This document shows positions 13,626 through 29,073 of a stretch of DNA of 64,000 nucleotides, in pieces (positions within the stretch are counted from its first letter, which is position 1; each line of letters begins with the position of its first letter). The notes beneath the pieces are model-generated. The model ran no database searches and was not told the DNA's origin. It worked only from the letters and a program-made list of their open reading frames with translations. Made by a program: the position numbers and the translations under genes. The DNA is taken from positions 266,600,001 through 266,664,000 of the forward strand of contig OZ024742.1 of the NCBI GenBank assembly GCA_964016885.1. The letters run 5' to 3'. This DNA comes from Eledone cirrhosa (lineage: Eukaryota).

Positions 13626-16600
13626 GGTTTCTCTTTCACATGCGGATTGTTTCGATGGTGCGCTTTTGTTCAAATTTGTTTTACTTTTACTGACATTTGT
13701 CGCAAATATTGTTACCATTGTGTCCATCAAGTGACCGCCTAACCACTGGAAAACATTAGTTTTCCAACAAATTACATACAATGTGATTTTTATCCGTTCC
13801 TCAAAACAAAATAGCTCCCATTATCTACTCAAATTCAACACAGCGACGAGAAATGTGCAATCTTTTGTACAAGAACGAAACATATTTGCATTCTTGCCAA
13901 ATCAGTATTAGTCTATTTATAGAATTCAATACTATCGTCCTTGTCTTCGTGGTTAGCATAGGGAGCCCTCTAAAATGACCACGACTATTACCTTCAACAA
14001 CAAACTATAAAAACAAGCAGGAACACCACTAACACTGACAAGAGCAGTGACATCTTCGCCACCATAATTACCGTCACAACAACAGAAATAACTGACAATT
14101 GTAACAACAGCGAAGTCGACGAAAGCTAGTTCAAGTACAACGACAGTTTTGAAAAAGATGGTGGAAGATTTTGGTAGATATTTTACCACATTAGATCGAA
14201 ACAACACTTCAATTTCCACCATCAGCAACAACAACGACGCTCGCAACACCATCACAGCCTGATTGGCTGCTAGAACTGTCAGTAAGCAGCAGAAACAGCA
14301 GTAGCAGCAACAACAACAACACAAACAACAACAACAAAGACAATATCAACAATAGCAACTAAAACAATAGTACTCCAAAGACCAACTCATATACAGAGCT
14401 TTCTCCCCATTCCAGCGTATATCGACCGAATAGTGTTAAAAATTAAAATCTCAAAAGTGCCACGAGAGCTGGACTTCTAGCATGTGGTTAAATTCATGGT
14501 TCTAGAGTTTGCGGATACTCTGTTAAAAATGAAAGAGTTCCGGGTGGAAAATTGAATTGGAATCAGATAAGAGATCCCAATTCAGAAATACTGGACAGAA
14601 TACCTGATCTATTTGATATACCAAGCTGGGTGTGGTAAGTGTAGGATACACTCGCGTGGAATCACAAACCATGACGAAAACCTGCATAGTTGTCATCACG
14701 AGAACCACAGCATCAACGAAAACAAACACAACATGAACAACAGAAGCCATGAAGTACCAAAAGCAAATCAACCAAACCAACACCGACAACAATAGTACCA
14801 GAGTCAGACAACCTCTACCACAACCTCCATCACAAAGAAAAGATATCCACCACCCAGAATCTCCTTAACTCACAAAAGTGGGCTTACACCTCTGATTGCC
14901 ACCTCAACCTGGATCATTCACAGGGCGACAGAGAGGAAAAAGATAGATGCAAATGAGGCCGATCCAGGCCGAAGGTAAAAAAAAAAACTGGACAGGCAGA
15001 TAGAAAATGTGGTACTCAACAAATGACTAGCAACAATACAACAAAATGACCAACACTGCCAAACACAGTCACAATCACAAAAGAAAGCAAAACAATGCCA
15101 GAAGAACAAGAACAGCATGTACACCAGCACAAACTCACTACACCAACTTCAATCTTCTTCGAAAGAGGAACATTAAGTTGATAGAGGAGGTCTTAAACAA
15201 TGATAAATTAATTACCGAAAGGGAGGGTTTAGAAGAAATCTTATGCAAAACTCTATCAGAGAGGCAACTAGTTCAAACCGATTCAATTGCTTATAAAGTC
15301 CTTTGTCAGACAATGTAACAATATAACATTATAACAACGAAGAAACAATCCAAAAATTAAAAGATACCTCGGAATTACGAGGAAAACGACACAATACATG
15401 TGACTATAAATCCAGTCTTTCGACCAAACACGGGGAGGAGTACATAAATAACATGTTTTACGACTTAAACGAAACAAGAGACAGATACAGGGTGACGTTA
15501 GAAAGAAAGTAATTATTAGGGACTTCATCCAAAAAGTATGCACGTGTTAAAAGAAGAGCAAAGAAACAGATCTCGTCTCGTGCGATGGCAAGGAGAGAAA
15601 GAGAGATGGAATAAGCCAGAAGACGGGACTGTAGGTGAGCATGCGCCAGAAGGCAGACGTGAGGAAAGGAAGGAAAGAGGAAATGAAGAGAAAATGAGAG
15701 AGACTGAAATTATGACGAAAGACAGTAAGAGTAGAGAGAGAGAGAGAGAGAGATGATGGGGATGGGAGGGGGAGTAAGAGATTGAGAGGGAGTGGCAGAG
15801 AGTTGGCCAGAGAATTAAATTACTGGCATCGTTAATTTGGTGAGTATGTAGTTTAGATAATTAAACAATTCAATGATCATCACCGAAATCGACAGAGAAT
15901 CCATTCAGTATTATCGTCTAATGATATTTAGTTTTATTGCTAAATGTTTTAGAAACAAATTATAACCGAGTATGGCTGTCTGTCATTCAGAGAGTGGAAA
16001 CATATTTTTCTTCATATATTTTGGAGTTGACTCAATGCTGTGGCTGCAGCGTGGGCGAATATTTAAAGTTCATTTCACAATCATTAGGTACCGGGCTCGA
16101 TCCTACTTAAGTGACACTTGTAAGGGAAATTCGGTAGATGAAACTGTTTGGAAGCTTGTCGGATGTATCTGTACTTCAAAGGACCAGCCATGTGACACAC
16201 TGTATCTCACTGAATACGTTCACGTTTCACGTATCTGTGGAATGCATAGCCACATACACGTTAATTTCATGAGCAGGCTTTTCCTGTAATTGAAATACAG
16301 GATCACTCATCGTCAAAATCGATGGAGATTCATCGATCGATCAATGTAATATATCCTCCACATTACCTCCATTTATACATTTTTAGCCTTGAGTCAGGGA
16401 TGGAAACCATTATTACTAAAAATTAACATAAAGTTTTTATAAACATTTTTCTGTAGATAGGTAATATTTCGTTAAATATAATCGAAATGAACTCAATTTA
16501 ACTGAATATATCCATCAAAACATACCTAACAGCAACAATTTATATAAAAGCATTACTCGAATTATATATATATATGATTCTTTTTTTACCTACTCAGGAA

Positions 16601-16748
16601 TATTTCTGTGAAATGTTCATATATATTTTCTCTCAATACAAATATACACACATATACTTACTTACATATGTGTATAAATATTCATATACATACAAACGTT
16701 CTAAAACGCACACACACACAGACACACACGCACACACACACACACACA

Positions 16749-16821
<73 letters not shown>

Positions 16822-17273
16822 GTGCGTCTCAACTTCTGAGATGCTCTTCTTTAAAGCATAAATATCCATTCAAAGCACTCAACAACTTCAACAGTGACCC
16901 CCACCCGCCACGCTCACCACTGCCATCAACATCGCTATCACCACCACAACCACCACGAACACCACCACCATAACCATCACCACCACCACAACCATCACCG
17001 ATAACAGCAGCATCACCACCAGCAACAACAAGAGAACCTAATATAACAATGATGAAAATACTAAGAAAACAAGAAGTCATTAAAAGGATTGTAAATAGGA
17101 AAAGTGAAACAACAAATAAAAACAAAAAAATTGTTAGAAAATCTATCTATTGTATAGCATAGAATTTACATGCACTAAGTATCATTTTTATTAATTAGAG
17201 ATACATTTTTCTCGAGGATTTGAATTTACAATAGGAAAACCTCTCGTATTCACTCTTACTACATTAACTAACA

Positions 17274-17378
<105 letters not shown>

Positions 17379-17431
17379 CCCCCCACACACACATATATAT
17401 ATATATATATGTGCGCGCGCGCGTGTGTGTG

Positions 17432-17665
17432 TGGAGCCACGTGGCCTAGTGGTACTGTTGTTGGTCTTACGATCATAATGTCGTGGGTTCGATTCGTGGG
17501 TTGCATGTTGCGTTCCTGAACAAAACACTTCATTTCACGTTGCTCCAGTTTGTTCAGCTGAGAATGAGTACCAGCAATAGCTGGGGGGTTAATCCCGCGA
17601 TGGACTGGCGTCCTGTCCAGGAGGGAGTCTTGTACTCTCAGTCCCTTAACGCCATGAAACTGAGA
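17432..17665 (+). mobile_element. tRNA-derived SINE, family B
   Basis: A-box TGGCCTAGTGG and B-box GGTTCGATTC followed by a unique body. Confidence 0.7.
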
Positions 17666-18035
17666 CAAGGCCAGCAATTATCCCAGTACATTACTGGTAC
17701 TTTATTTTATCGACCCCGTAAGGATGAAAGGCAAAGTTAACCACGGCGGGATTTGAACTCAGACCGTAAAGGGACGTAACTATGCTGGAAAGCTTGGCGT
17801 CCGACCCTCTACTGATACTGCCAATCCACAGCCTTGGTATTAATAATAATAATTGTTTCTACTTTTGGCACAAGGCCAGCAATTATCCCAGTGTATTACT
17901 GGTACTTTATTTTATCGACCCCGTAAGGATGAAAGGCAAAGTTAACCTCGGTGGGATTTGAACTCAGACCATAAAGGGACGTAACTATGCTGGAAAGCTT
18001 GGCGTCCGAGCCTCTACCGATACTGCCAATCCACC
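17666..18035 (-). mobile_element. Two tandem SINE family A copies
   Basis: Reverse complement of 13442-13625, occurring twice (about 17666-17830 and 17845-18035). Confidence 0.82.
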
Positions 18036-18507
18036 AATAATAATAATACAAATATTGATTCCTTTACTATTAACGACGGTTATGATGGTGGCCATTGTGG
18101 CAATGATTATAACGCTAACATGCATAACATACATAACATACCTACTAGCACATGCTTGGATGTGAATAACCATAGCTTACATGATCACCTGAACACAATA
18201 GTAAATAGTAACAACAGGAACTGGAACTGTAGGACCCCTAGCAACTGTCCCCTTCAGGGTCATTGTTAGTAATGTGATTGATAAGTGCACAGTCACTACA
18301 GATAATGAATACAAAACTAGATTTAGATCCCACCTCCATTCTTTTAAAAATATAATAATTCAAGTTCTCAACTTCTCTCGCAAACTATATTACTCAATTA
18401 ATAGATTCCAACATTAATTATACAACCCAATGGAGTATGATAGATAGGGTAGCCTCTTATAACCTTAAGAAGAAATGTAATTTGTGTCTGATGGAAGCAT
18501 ATTATAT

Positions 18508-18686
18508 TGACAGTATCGGTAGAGGGTTGGACGCCATGCTTTCTAGCATAGTTACGTCCCTTTACAGTCTGAGTTCAAATCCCGCCGAGGTTAACTTTGC
18601 CTTTCATCCTTACGGGGTCGATAAAATAAAGTACCAGTAATGTACTGGTTAATTGCTAGCCTTGTGCCTAAACTAGAAACAATTAT
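18508..18686 (+). mobile_element. SINE family A inserted in PLE remnant
   Basis: Matches 13442-13625. TATTATAT on both flanks is a possible target-site duplication. Confidence 0.82.
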
Positions 18687-19235
18687 ATTATATGCTCCCC
18701 ACCTATACTTATTAACAATAGAGTTAAAACAGTAATCAATTGCTCACACAGGCTTTCCTACTCTTTCTCTAACAGAGTCTATGATTCCATATAACCATCT
18801 TAAATGTCCAGCCTAAATTTCTCCCCCCTCAACCCTAAAATAGACTTTCTATTAGCTATTTTCTATAGATTAGTCAGGATATCTAGATTACTGCTGCTTA
18901 TGATTGATGACTTAATTGAAGACTGTACACATTGGCTCCCAGCACACTACATAACATCTACTTTATCAATGTTGCTTAACTTTGGCAAGTTATAATTAAA
19001 ATTGTTTTTTAAAATACATCGCAGTTACTTCCCTTACATATTTATGCCCCCTTGTAACCGCTATTTTAGATAAATAAGTTTGTTCTCCTTTTAAACGTAA
19101 TACGGATTAAGGTAGGGACTCCGATGTATATTTGCCTCTAAGTATTCCTCTGAAAGAATAATTATACCATTAATGGATAAATTCGTTTTGGTGTTGTACA
19201 GATTGGACTTTCCTCCAGCAACATCATTAATGACG

Positions 19236-19292
19236 ATAAGGTTTCTTCTCTGAAGATTCTAAGTGCATAATCTTTACAATATATATGCATAC

Positions 19293-19352
<60 letters not shown>

Positions 19353-19407
19353 CTGTTGTATTGTAATTGTACTTCAGATGAAACACCGGGTAAGGAGTAA
19401 GTCTTGT
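19236..19407 (+). ncRNA. Type I hammerhead ribozyme with long stem II enclosing a (TA)n tract
   Basis: Stem I ATAAGGTTT-CTTCT / AGGAG-t-AAGTCTTGT and core CTGAAGA at 19250-19256. Stem II TCTAAGTGCA..TTACAATA / TATTGTAA..TGTACTTcAGA, GAAAC at 19380 and GTA at 19390-19392. Confidence 0.7.
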
Positions 19408-19419
19408 TTTTAAATGTAT

Positions 19420-19497
<78 letters not shown>

Positions 19498-19501
19498 CAC
19501 C

Positions 19502-19551
<50 letters not shown>

Positions 19552-19704
19552 ATAAATGCTCTGAAATAGCGATATATATGTGAATATAGACATAGAATAT
19601 TCGAAAATATTCTGTATGTTTATAATAAACATTTTGAAGACCTAATCGCTATAGAATAGAATACGTCACGTATTACAATTAGATTCTCGATAAAAGCAAG
19701 GGAA

Positions 19705-19747
19705 GTAATCTACGCGTTTCATTCTTGTTAGAAATCATCAGGACCAC
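19705..19747 (-). ncRNA. Type I hammerhead ribozyme (array 1, inverted arm)
   Basis: Exact reverse complement of 20291-20333. Confidence 0.88.
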
Positions 19748-20290
19748 ATATCCAGTGCTTTTATCGAGAATGACACAGCTAGAGACTTATAGAATACTTA
19801 GCTGTGTACAGGAACTGGTTTGAAAGAGCGGTTGCCGGTCCGGCAGAAATTAGAAATTGGAATAAATGCTCTGAAATAGCGATATATATGTGAATATAGA
19901 CATAGAATATTCGAAAATATTCTGTATGTTTATAATAAACATTTTGAAGACCTAATCGCTATAGAATAGAATACGTCACGTATTACAATTAGATTCTCGA
20001 TTTAGATTCACGTATTACAATTAGATCCTTGCTTTTATCGAGAATCTAATTGTAATACGTGACGTATTCTATTCTATAGCGATTAGGTCTTCAAAATGTT
20101 TATTATAAACATACAGAATATTTTCGAATATTCTATGTCTATATTCACATATATATCGCTATTTCAGAGCATTTATTCCAATTTCTAATTTCTGCCGGAC
20201 CGGCAACCGCTCTTTCAAACCAGTTCCTGTACACAGCTAAGTATTCTATAAGTCTCTAGCTGTGTCATTCTCGATAAAAGCACTGGATAT

Positions 20291-20333
20291 GTGGTCCTGA
20301 TGATTTCTAACAAGAATGAAACGCGTAGATTAC
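20291..20333 (+). ncRNA. Type I hammerhead ribozyme (array 1)
   Basis: GTGGTC [CTGATGA] tTTCT-aaca-AGAAt [GAAA]CGCG[TA] GATTAC. Six-bp stem I, palindromic stem III ACGCGT, predicted cleavage after A20327. Confidence 0.9.
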
Positions 20334-20600
20334 TTCCCTTGCTTTTATCGAGAATCTAATTGTAATACGTGACGTATTCTATTCTATAGCGATTAGGTCT
20401 TCAAAATGTTTATTATAAACATACAGAATATTTTCGAATATTCTATGTCTATATTCACATATATATCGCTATTTCAGAGCATTTATTCCAATTTCTAATT
20501 TCTGCCGGACCTGCAACCGCTCTTTCAAACCAGTTCCTGTACACAGCTAAGTATTCTATAAGTCTCTAGCTGTGTCATTCTCGATAAAAGCACTGGATAT

Positions 20601-20643
20601 GTGGTCCTGATGATTTCTAACAAGAATGAAACGCGTAGATTAC
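20601..20643 (+). ncRNA. Type I hammerhead ribozyme (array 1)
   Basis: Identical to 20291-20333. Confidence 0.9.
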
Positions 20644-20910
20644 TTCCCTTGCTTTTATCGAGAATCTAATTGTAATACGTGACGTATTCTATTCTATAGC
20701 GATTAGGTCTTCAAAATGTTTATTATAAACATACAGAATATTTTCGAATATTCTATGTCTATATTCACATATATATCGCTATTTCAGAGCATTTATTCCA
20801 ATTGCTAATTTCTGCCGGACCGGCAACCGCTCTTTCAAACCAGTTCCTGTACACAGCTAAGTATTCTATAAGTCTCTAGCTGTGTCATTCTCGATAAAAG
20901 CACTGGATAT

Positions 20911-20953
20911 GTGGTCCTGATGATTTCTAACAAGAATGAAACGCGTAGATTAC
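20911..20953 (+). ncRNA. Type I hammerhead ribozyme (array 1)
   Basis: Identical to 20291-20333. Confidence 0.9.
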
Positions 20954-21220
20954 TTCCCTTGCTTTTATCGAGAATCTAATTGTAATACGTGACGTATTCT
21001 ATTCTATAGCGATTAGGTCTTCAAAATGTTTATTATAAACATACAGAATATTTTCGAATATTCTATGTCTATATTCACATATATATCGCTATTTCAGAGC
21101 ATTTATTCCAATTTCTAATTTCTGCCGGACCGGCAACCGCTCTTTCAAACCAGTTCCTGTACACAGCTAAGTATTCTATAAGTCTCTAGCTGTGTCATTC
21201 TCGATAAAAGCACTGGATAT

Positions 21221-21263
21221 GTGGTCCTGATGATTTCTAACAAGAATGAAACGCGTAGATTAC
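21221..21263 (+). ncRNA. Type I hammerhead ribozyme (array 1)
   Basis: Identical to 20291-20333. Confidence 0.9.
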
Positions 21264-21530
21264 TTCCCTTGCTTTTATCGAGAATCTAATTGTAATACGT
21301 GACGTATTCTATTCTATAGCGATTAGGTCTTCAAAATGTTTATTATAAACATACAGAATATTTTCGAATATTCTATGTCTATATTCACATATATATCGCT
21401 ATTTCAGAGCATTTATTCCAATTTCTAATTTCTGCCGGACCGGCAACCGCTCTTTCAAACCAGTTCCTGTACACAGCTAAGTATTCTATAAGTCTCTAGC
21501 TGTGTCATTCTCGATAAAAGCACTGGATAT

Positions 21531-21573
21531 GTGGTCCTGATGATTTCTAACAAGAATGAAATGCGTAGATTAC
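21531..21573 (+). ncRNA. Type I hammerhead ribozyme (array 1, stem III variant)
   Basis: As 20291-20333 but GAAATGCGTA (C to T in stem III). Confidence 0.82.
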
Positions 21574-21693
21574 TTCCCTTGCTTTTATCGAGAATCTAAT
21601 TGTAATACGTGACGTATTCTATTCTATAGCGATTAGGTCTTCAAAATGTTTATTATAAACATACAGAATATTTTCGAATATTCTATGTCTATA

Positions 21694-21731
<38 letters not shown>

Positions 21732-21733
<2 letters not shown>

Positions 21734-23430
21734 CATCCATTTTTCCACGCTAGCACGGATAGACGAGTTGTTCCATTGTGAGATAGGCCAGATAAGCTGA
21801 CCATGTCTTGCTCATATAGAACTGCTTTAGACTAGGTTTCTACAGCTCTTCCTAACGCCAATACATTTACAGTGAGTACTGGGTACTTTTTGTCGTGACA
21901 CCAACACGTCTACTTTACAGTGTGGGCTGGGCACTTTTTATCATATCACCTACACGACCACCTTACAGCGTGAGCATTGGGGAGTCGAGTATATGGGCGT
22001 GTGTGAGGGGCGGGGTGTTAGGACGTGGAAGGTGTATGGAAGGGGGGATGGAGGGGAAAGTGGTGCATACTAGATGTATATTTCAGCCTGTGCTCATGGG
22101 TATATAGGCCTCTGTATTACTGCGTAACGCCAGAGGTCTCACCATTGAGAGGTGCAATTTTGCAAGGTCAGCTTTTATTACCTCATTCTTGGGTCTTCTT
22201 ACTCTCAGGCTTCCATCAACGTTGAGCGCTCTGCACCATTTAATACAGTTGTCATCCTTCATACGCATCATAATGTTCATATCAATGCAATCTCCTCTCC
22301 TGCACACTGCATCTGATTTCTCTTAAGCCTAGTTTTTCTCCCAGTTCATTTATGCTTTGCCGTTCACGTATATTACCATTATACATCCATCGAAGAATGC
22401 AAGCTTCATTTCTTTCGAATCTTCGCAGGTCCTCTGTATACAGCGCACAGGCCTCACTACCACGCGGCATTGCTGTTCGTAAATACTGTACTTGGCATTT
22501 GTTGATCTGGAGAAAGCTTTCTCCAGATGAAAAAATGCCTGGTACAGTGGCTTACGTTTTGCTAGGTACTTCTCCTCTAGATGCTTCACAAGGATGCTTC
22601 TATAGTTTCCTCTATCTAGTGCATCTCCTTTACCCTTGTAGCAGTTGACAATGATGGTGCTGCGCCAATAATTCGGTATGGCACCATTTAGTATTACTTC
22701 GTCTACAATACAAATGGTGTGGACCCACCAAGCCAGATGCTTTCAGCACCTCAGCAGCTATCACCGATGGACCGGCTGTTTTCCCGGTCTTCATACCCTT
22801 AATTTATTTACTACATTGCTGTTGACTTGTACGGCTAGGCCCTCTGTTGGTACAGTTAAGCTCGCATTCTCTCATGCCTTCTTCTCTTTCAGTAATCTTT
22901 CACAATGGCTCTTCCGTGCTAATTTCTTTTCAGCGTCTGTGAGGGCAAATGTGCCTTTATTGCCATGGACATACTTCTCACAAATGACATCATAATTTTT
23001 CATAACGCACTGCCTTGCAATCCTGAACACTTCTTGTCTCTGGTCTTCACGCTGCAAAACATGCTTGAATTTTTTTTATCTTCTGCTTCCCTTCTTACAA
23101 AATATACTTGTCGCCTACTTTCCCCCGTGGCCTTAATGTAGTGTACCATGCTTCCCACATTCTTCCATTTTCCATGCCTGTTTCTTGGCCATAATTGTTT
23201 CATCTGCTTTACTATTCCACCACCAAGTTGCTCTCCTCTCTGTAGCCCTGGTTCATCCACAGATCTCTTCTATCGCCTGTAGGAGATTATCTTTCAGGAA
23301 CTCCTAATGCTCTTCTATAATGAATGTCTATATTCGTTCTTCCTGCCTGCTGTAGGTGTCAAGCAAAATATCACAAAATTTGTTACTGACTGAGGGCTCT
23401 TTTAACTTGCATATCCTACTCCACCGGTTG
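21732..23430 (-). mobile_element. RTE-like LINE, heavily decayed
   Basis: Peptides EKYLAKRKPLYQAFFHLEKAF, DLRRFERNEACILRWM and VFRIARQCV. No continuous ORF. Confidence 0.7.
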
Positions 23431-23734
23431 CCAGGTTAATATAACACCGGTGTGCATACTTTTACATTTAAGAAGGATTCAATACTAACACAGAGAATAA
23501 TTAAGGATAATTCAAATGTAAGTATATATATTTAATCTCCCCTGGTCGAGATAACATTTTGGTCGTTTTGACTGCTGCTATTTCTAGTGGCAGTGGATTG
23601 ACCTTTCCGCCTCTGCCCTCTATCTTTGCACACGGCACTGGACAGAATTGCTTCTATATCATCTCGGGAACAATTTTGAATAGCGCCAGTTCGTAATTTG
23701 AACTCGGGAATTTTATATTCTCCGAGTAAAAAGA

Positions 23735-23818
23735 ACCTTCTGACGAGTCTTTCTTTTCAATGGATGTCCGTAAGGACTATCCATTTATTTTTGAGACTTG
23801 AAACCGTACGGTAAAGGT
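23735..23818 (+). ncRNA. Type I hammerhead ribozyme with extended stem II
   Basis: ACCTT [CTGACGA] GTCTT..AATGGAT-GTCC-gtaa-GGAC-t-ATCCATT..GAGAC tt [GAAA]CCGTACGG[TA] AAGGT, with palindromic stem III ACCGTACGGT. Confidence 0.8.
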
Positions 23819-23882
23819 AACTACAGCAGATACAGTGAATTTTTAAAAATTTATTTTAAAACTTTTTCTTGTTTGCTAAACC

Positions 23883-23949
<67 letters not shown>

Positions 23950-24138
23950 AGCGCACACATAACTGTATTTAATCTGGTTCATACAACAGGTAAAACTGTA
24001 GGTAGATCCATCTTCAAACTATAATTAGATAAACGAAAAAACTATTCGAGCCTATTATAGAATTATTATATATTTCTATTAATAATAAAACTATAATCAC
24101 TGCTGTATATGTGCATTTCACACTTATAATGTAAGTGC

Positions 24139-24208
<70 letters not shown>

Positions 24209-24225
24209 GTGTTTATAATTTTTAA

Positions 24226-24266
<41 letters not shown>

Positions 24267-24620
24267 GTGTTTATAATTTTTAAAATATATATATATATAT
24301 ATATATACATATATAAAAAAATGACAAACCTAAATATACAAAAAAACAGTTAATGTTATTAGATTCACGCCTAGATGAAAGAGAGAAAACGGAGTTCAAC
24401 GTATCTGACTTCATCAGGTGATTACAAGTAAGGTTTTTTGGAAAAAATATAAAAATTAGAAAAGGGAGACATGTGAGTGTGTGTGTGTTATTAGATTTTT
24501 GTGTGTACCACCGCATATATAGTTGGGAACGTCCATATATAGTTCGTGAGACACACGCACGCACGCACACATATATACATGCATAGTCACCTCTATAATG
24601 CACACAGTTAGACAATATTG

Positions 24621-24651
<31 letters not shown>

Positions 24652-24717
24652 ATGTGCGTACGTATTCCTATTAGTATACAGTTCATCCTATAGAAACATA
24701 CACACACATACACACAC

Positions 24718-24751
<34 letters not shown>

Positions 24752-24828
24752 GCATGTATGTGTGTGTGTATTTATAAACGTAAATTAATATATATGCGGA
24801 TATACAGAGAGAGAGAGAGAGAGGGAGA

Positions 24829-24913
<85 letters not shown>

Positions 24914-25394
24914 AGGTAAATTGTGTTACGACCATCTCTTTGAATTGCTCTTCATTTTGAAGCCTTTTCTATTGATTCCATCAAGGAAACCATGTTCTCT
25001 TTCTCTTGGCTGTTTTTCTCTAATAAAAATACCACTGGAAAATTTAACGTTTCATCCACCACTTTTATGTAATAAATCTCGACTGCGCACATTTCAAACA
25101 AACTATTTTCTCAGGTTTTAGTTTATATTTTGATGAGAGCTTTGGATATTCCTTCCGGGCTTCTGCTTTCTGAGTTCAAATCTCGCCGAGTTCCACTTTG
25201 CCTTTCATCCTTGCGAACTCGATAAAGAAAGTAACACCATCGTCTCTAATTCCAGTTCTCATATCCCGGATGTTCTGCTGGATCGAAGGAGGGATGGGCG
25301 GAACGGTAACTGTATGTGATTGCGACTGCATAGGCACACAAAACATTTAGGTGACTGAAAAAACGTATTTGTCATATAGAGGACATTTGCGGTC

Positions 25395-28677
<3,283 letters not shown>

Positions 28678-28690
28678 TATATATATATAT

Positions 28691-28757
<67 letters not shown>

Positions 28758-28877
28758 CACATATATATATATGTATATATGTACACACACACACATATAT
28801 ATACAAGCATAGATATAGATATGTGCAAATGTGTATATGAACATATACATATATGCATATATGTATGTATATATATA

Positions 28878-28932
<55 letters not shown>

Positions 28933-29002
28933 ACATATATACATACATATATGCATATATGTATATGTTCATATACACATTTGTACATATCTATATCTAT
29001 GC

Positions 29003-29073
<71 letters not shown>

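Larger units (their letters stand above)
18205..19425 (+). mobile_element. Penelope-like element 3' remnant (GIY-YIG, Naiad-like) with 3' hammerhead
   Basis: Decayed NCRTPSNCPLQGHC, KCTVTT, KTRFRSHLHSFK and KKCNLCLMEAYYI. Interrupted by a SINE, with an HHR at 19236-19407. Confidence 0.7.
19546..21698. mobile_element. Retrozyme-like tandem array 1: 310-bp HHR-bearing monomer, ~1.5 copies on - then ~5.4 copies on +
   Basis: Exact 310-bp period (GTGGTCCTGATGA at 20291, 20601, 20911, 21221, 21531) with near-identical units. Orientation switches at 20001-20027, (TA)n lies on both flanks, and no ORF appears in the track. Confidence 0.9.

Noticed and set aside
13950-15550. A/C-rich segment with Cys pairs, possibly another retroelement remnant
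   Set aside because: Too degraded to assign by eye.
19546-21698. CRISPR array or plain satellite interpretation of the tandem repeats
   Set aside because: There are no unique spacers and the context is eukaryotic. The HHR in every unit and the inverted arms in (TA)n argue against a plain satellite.
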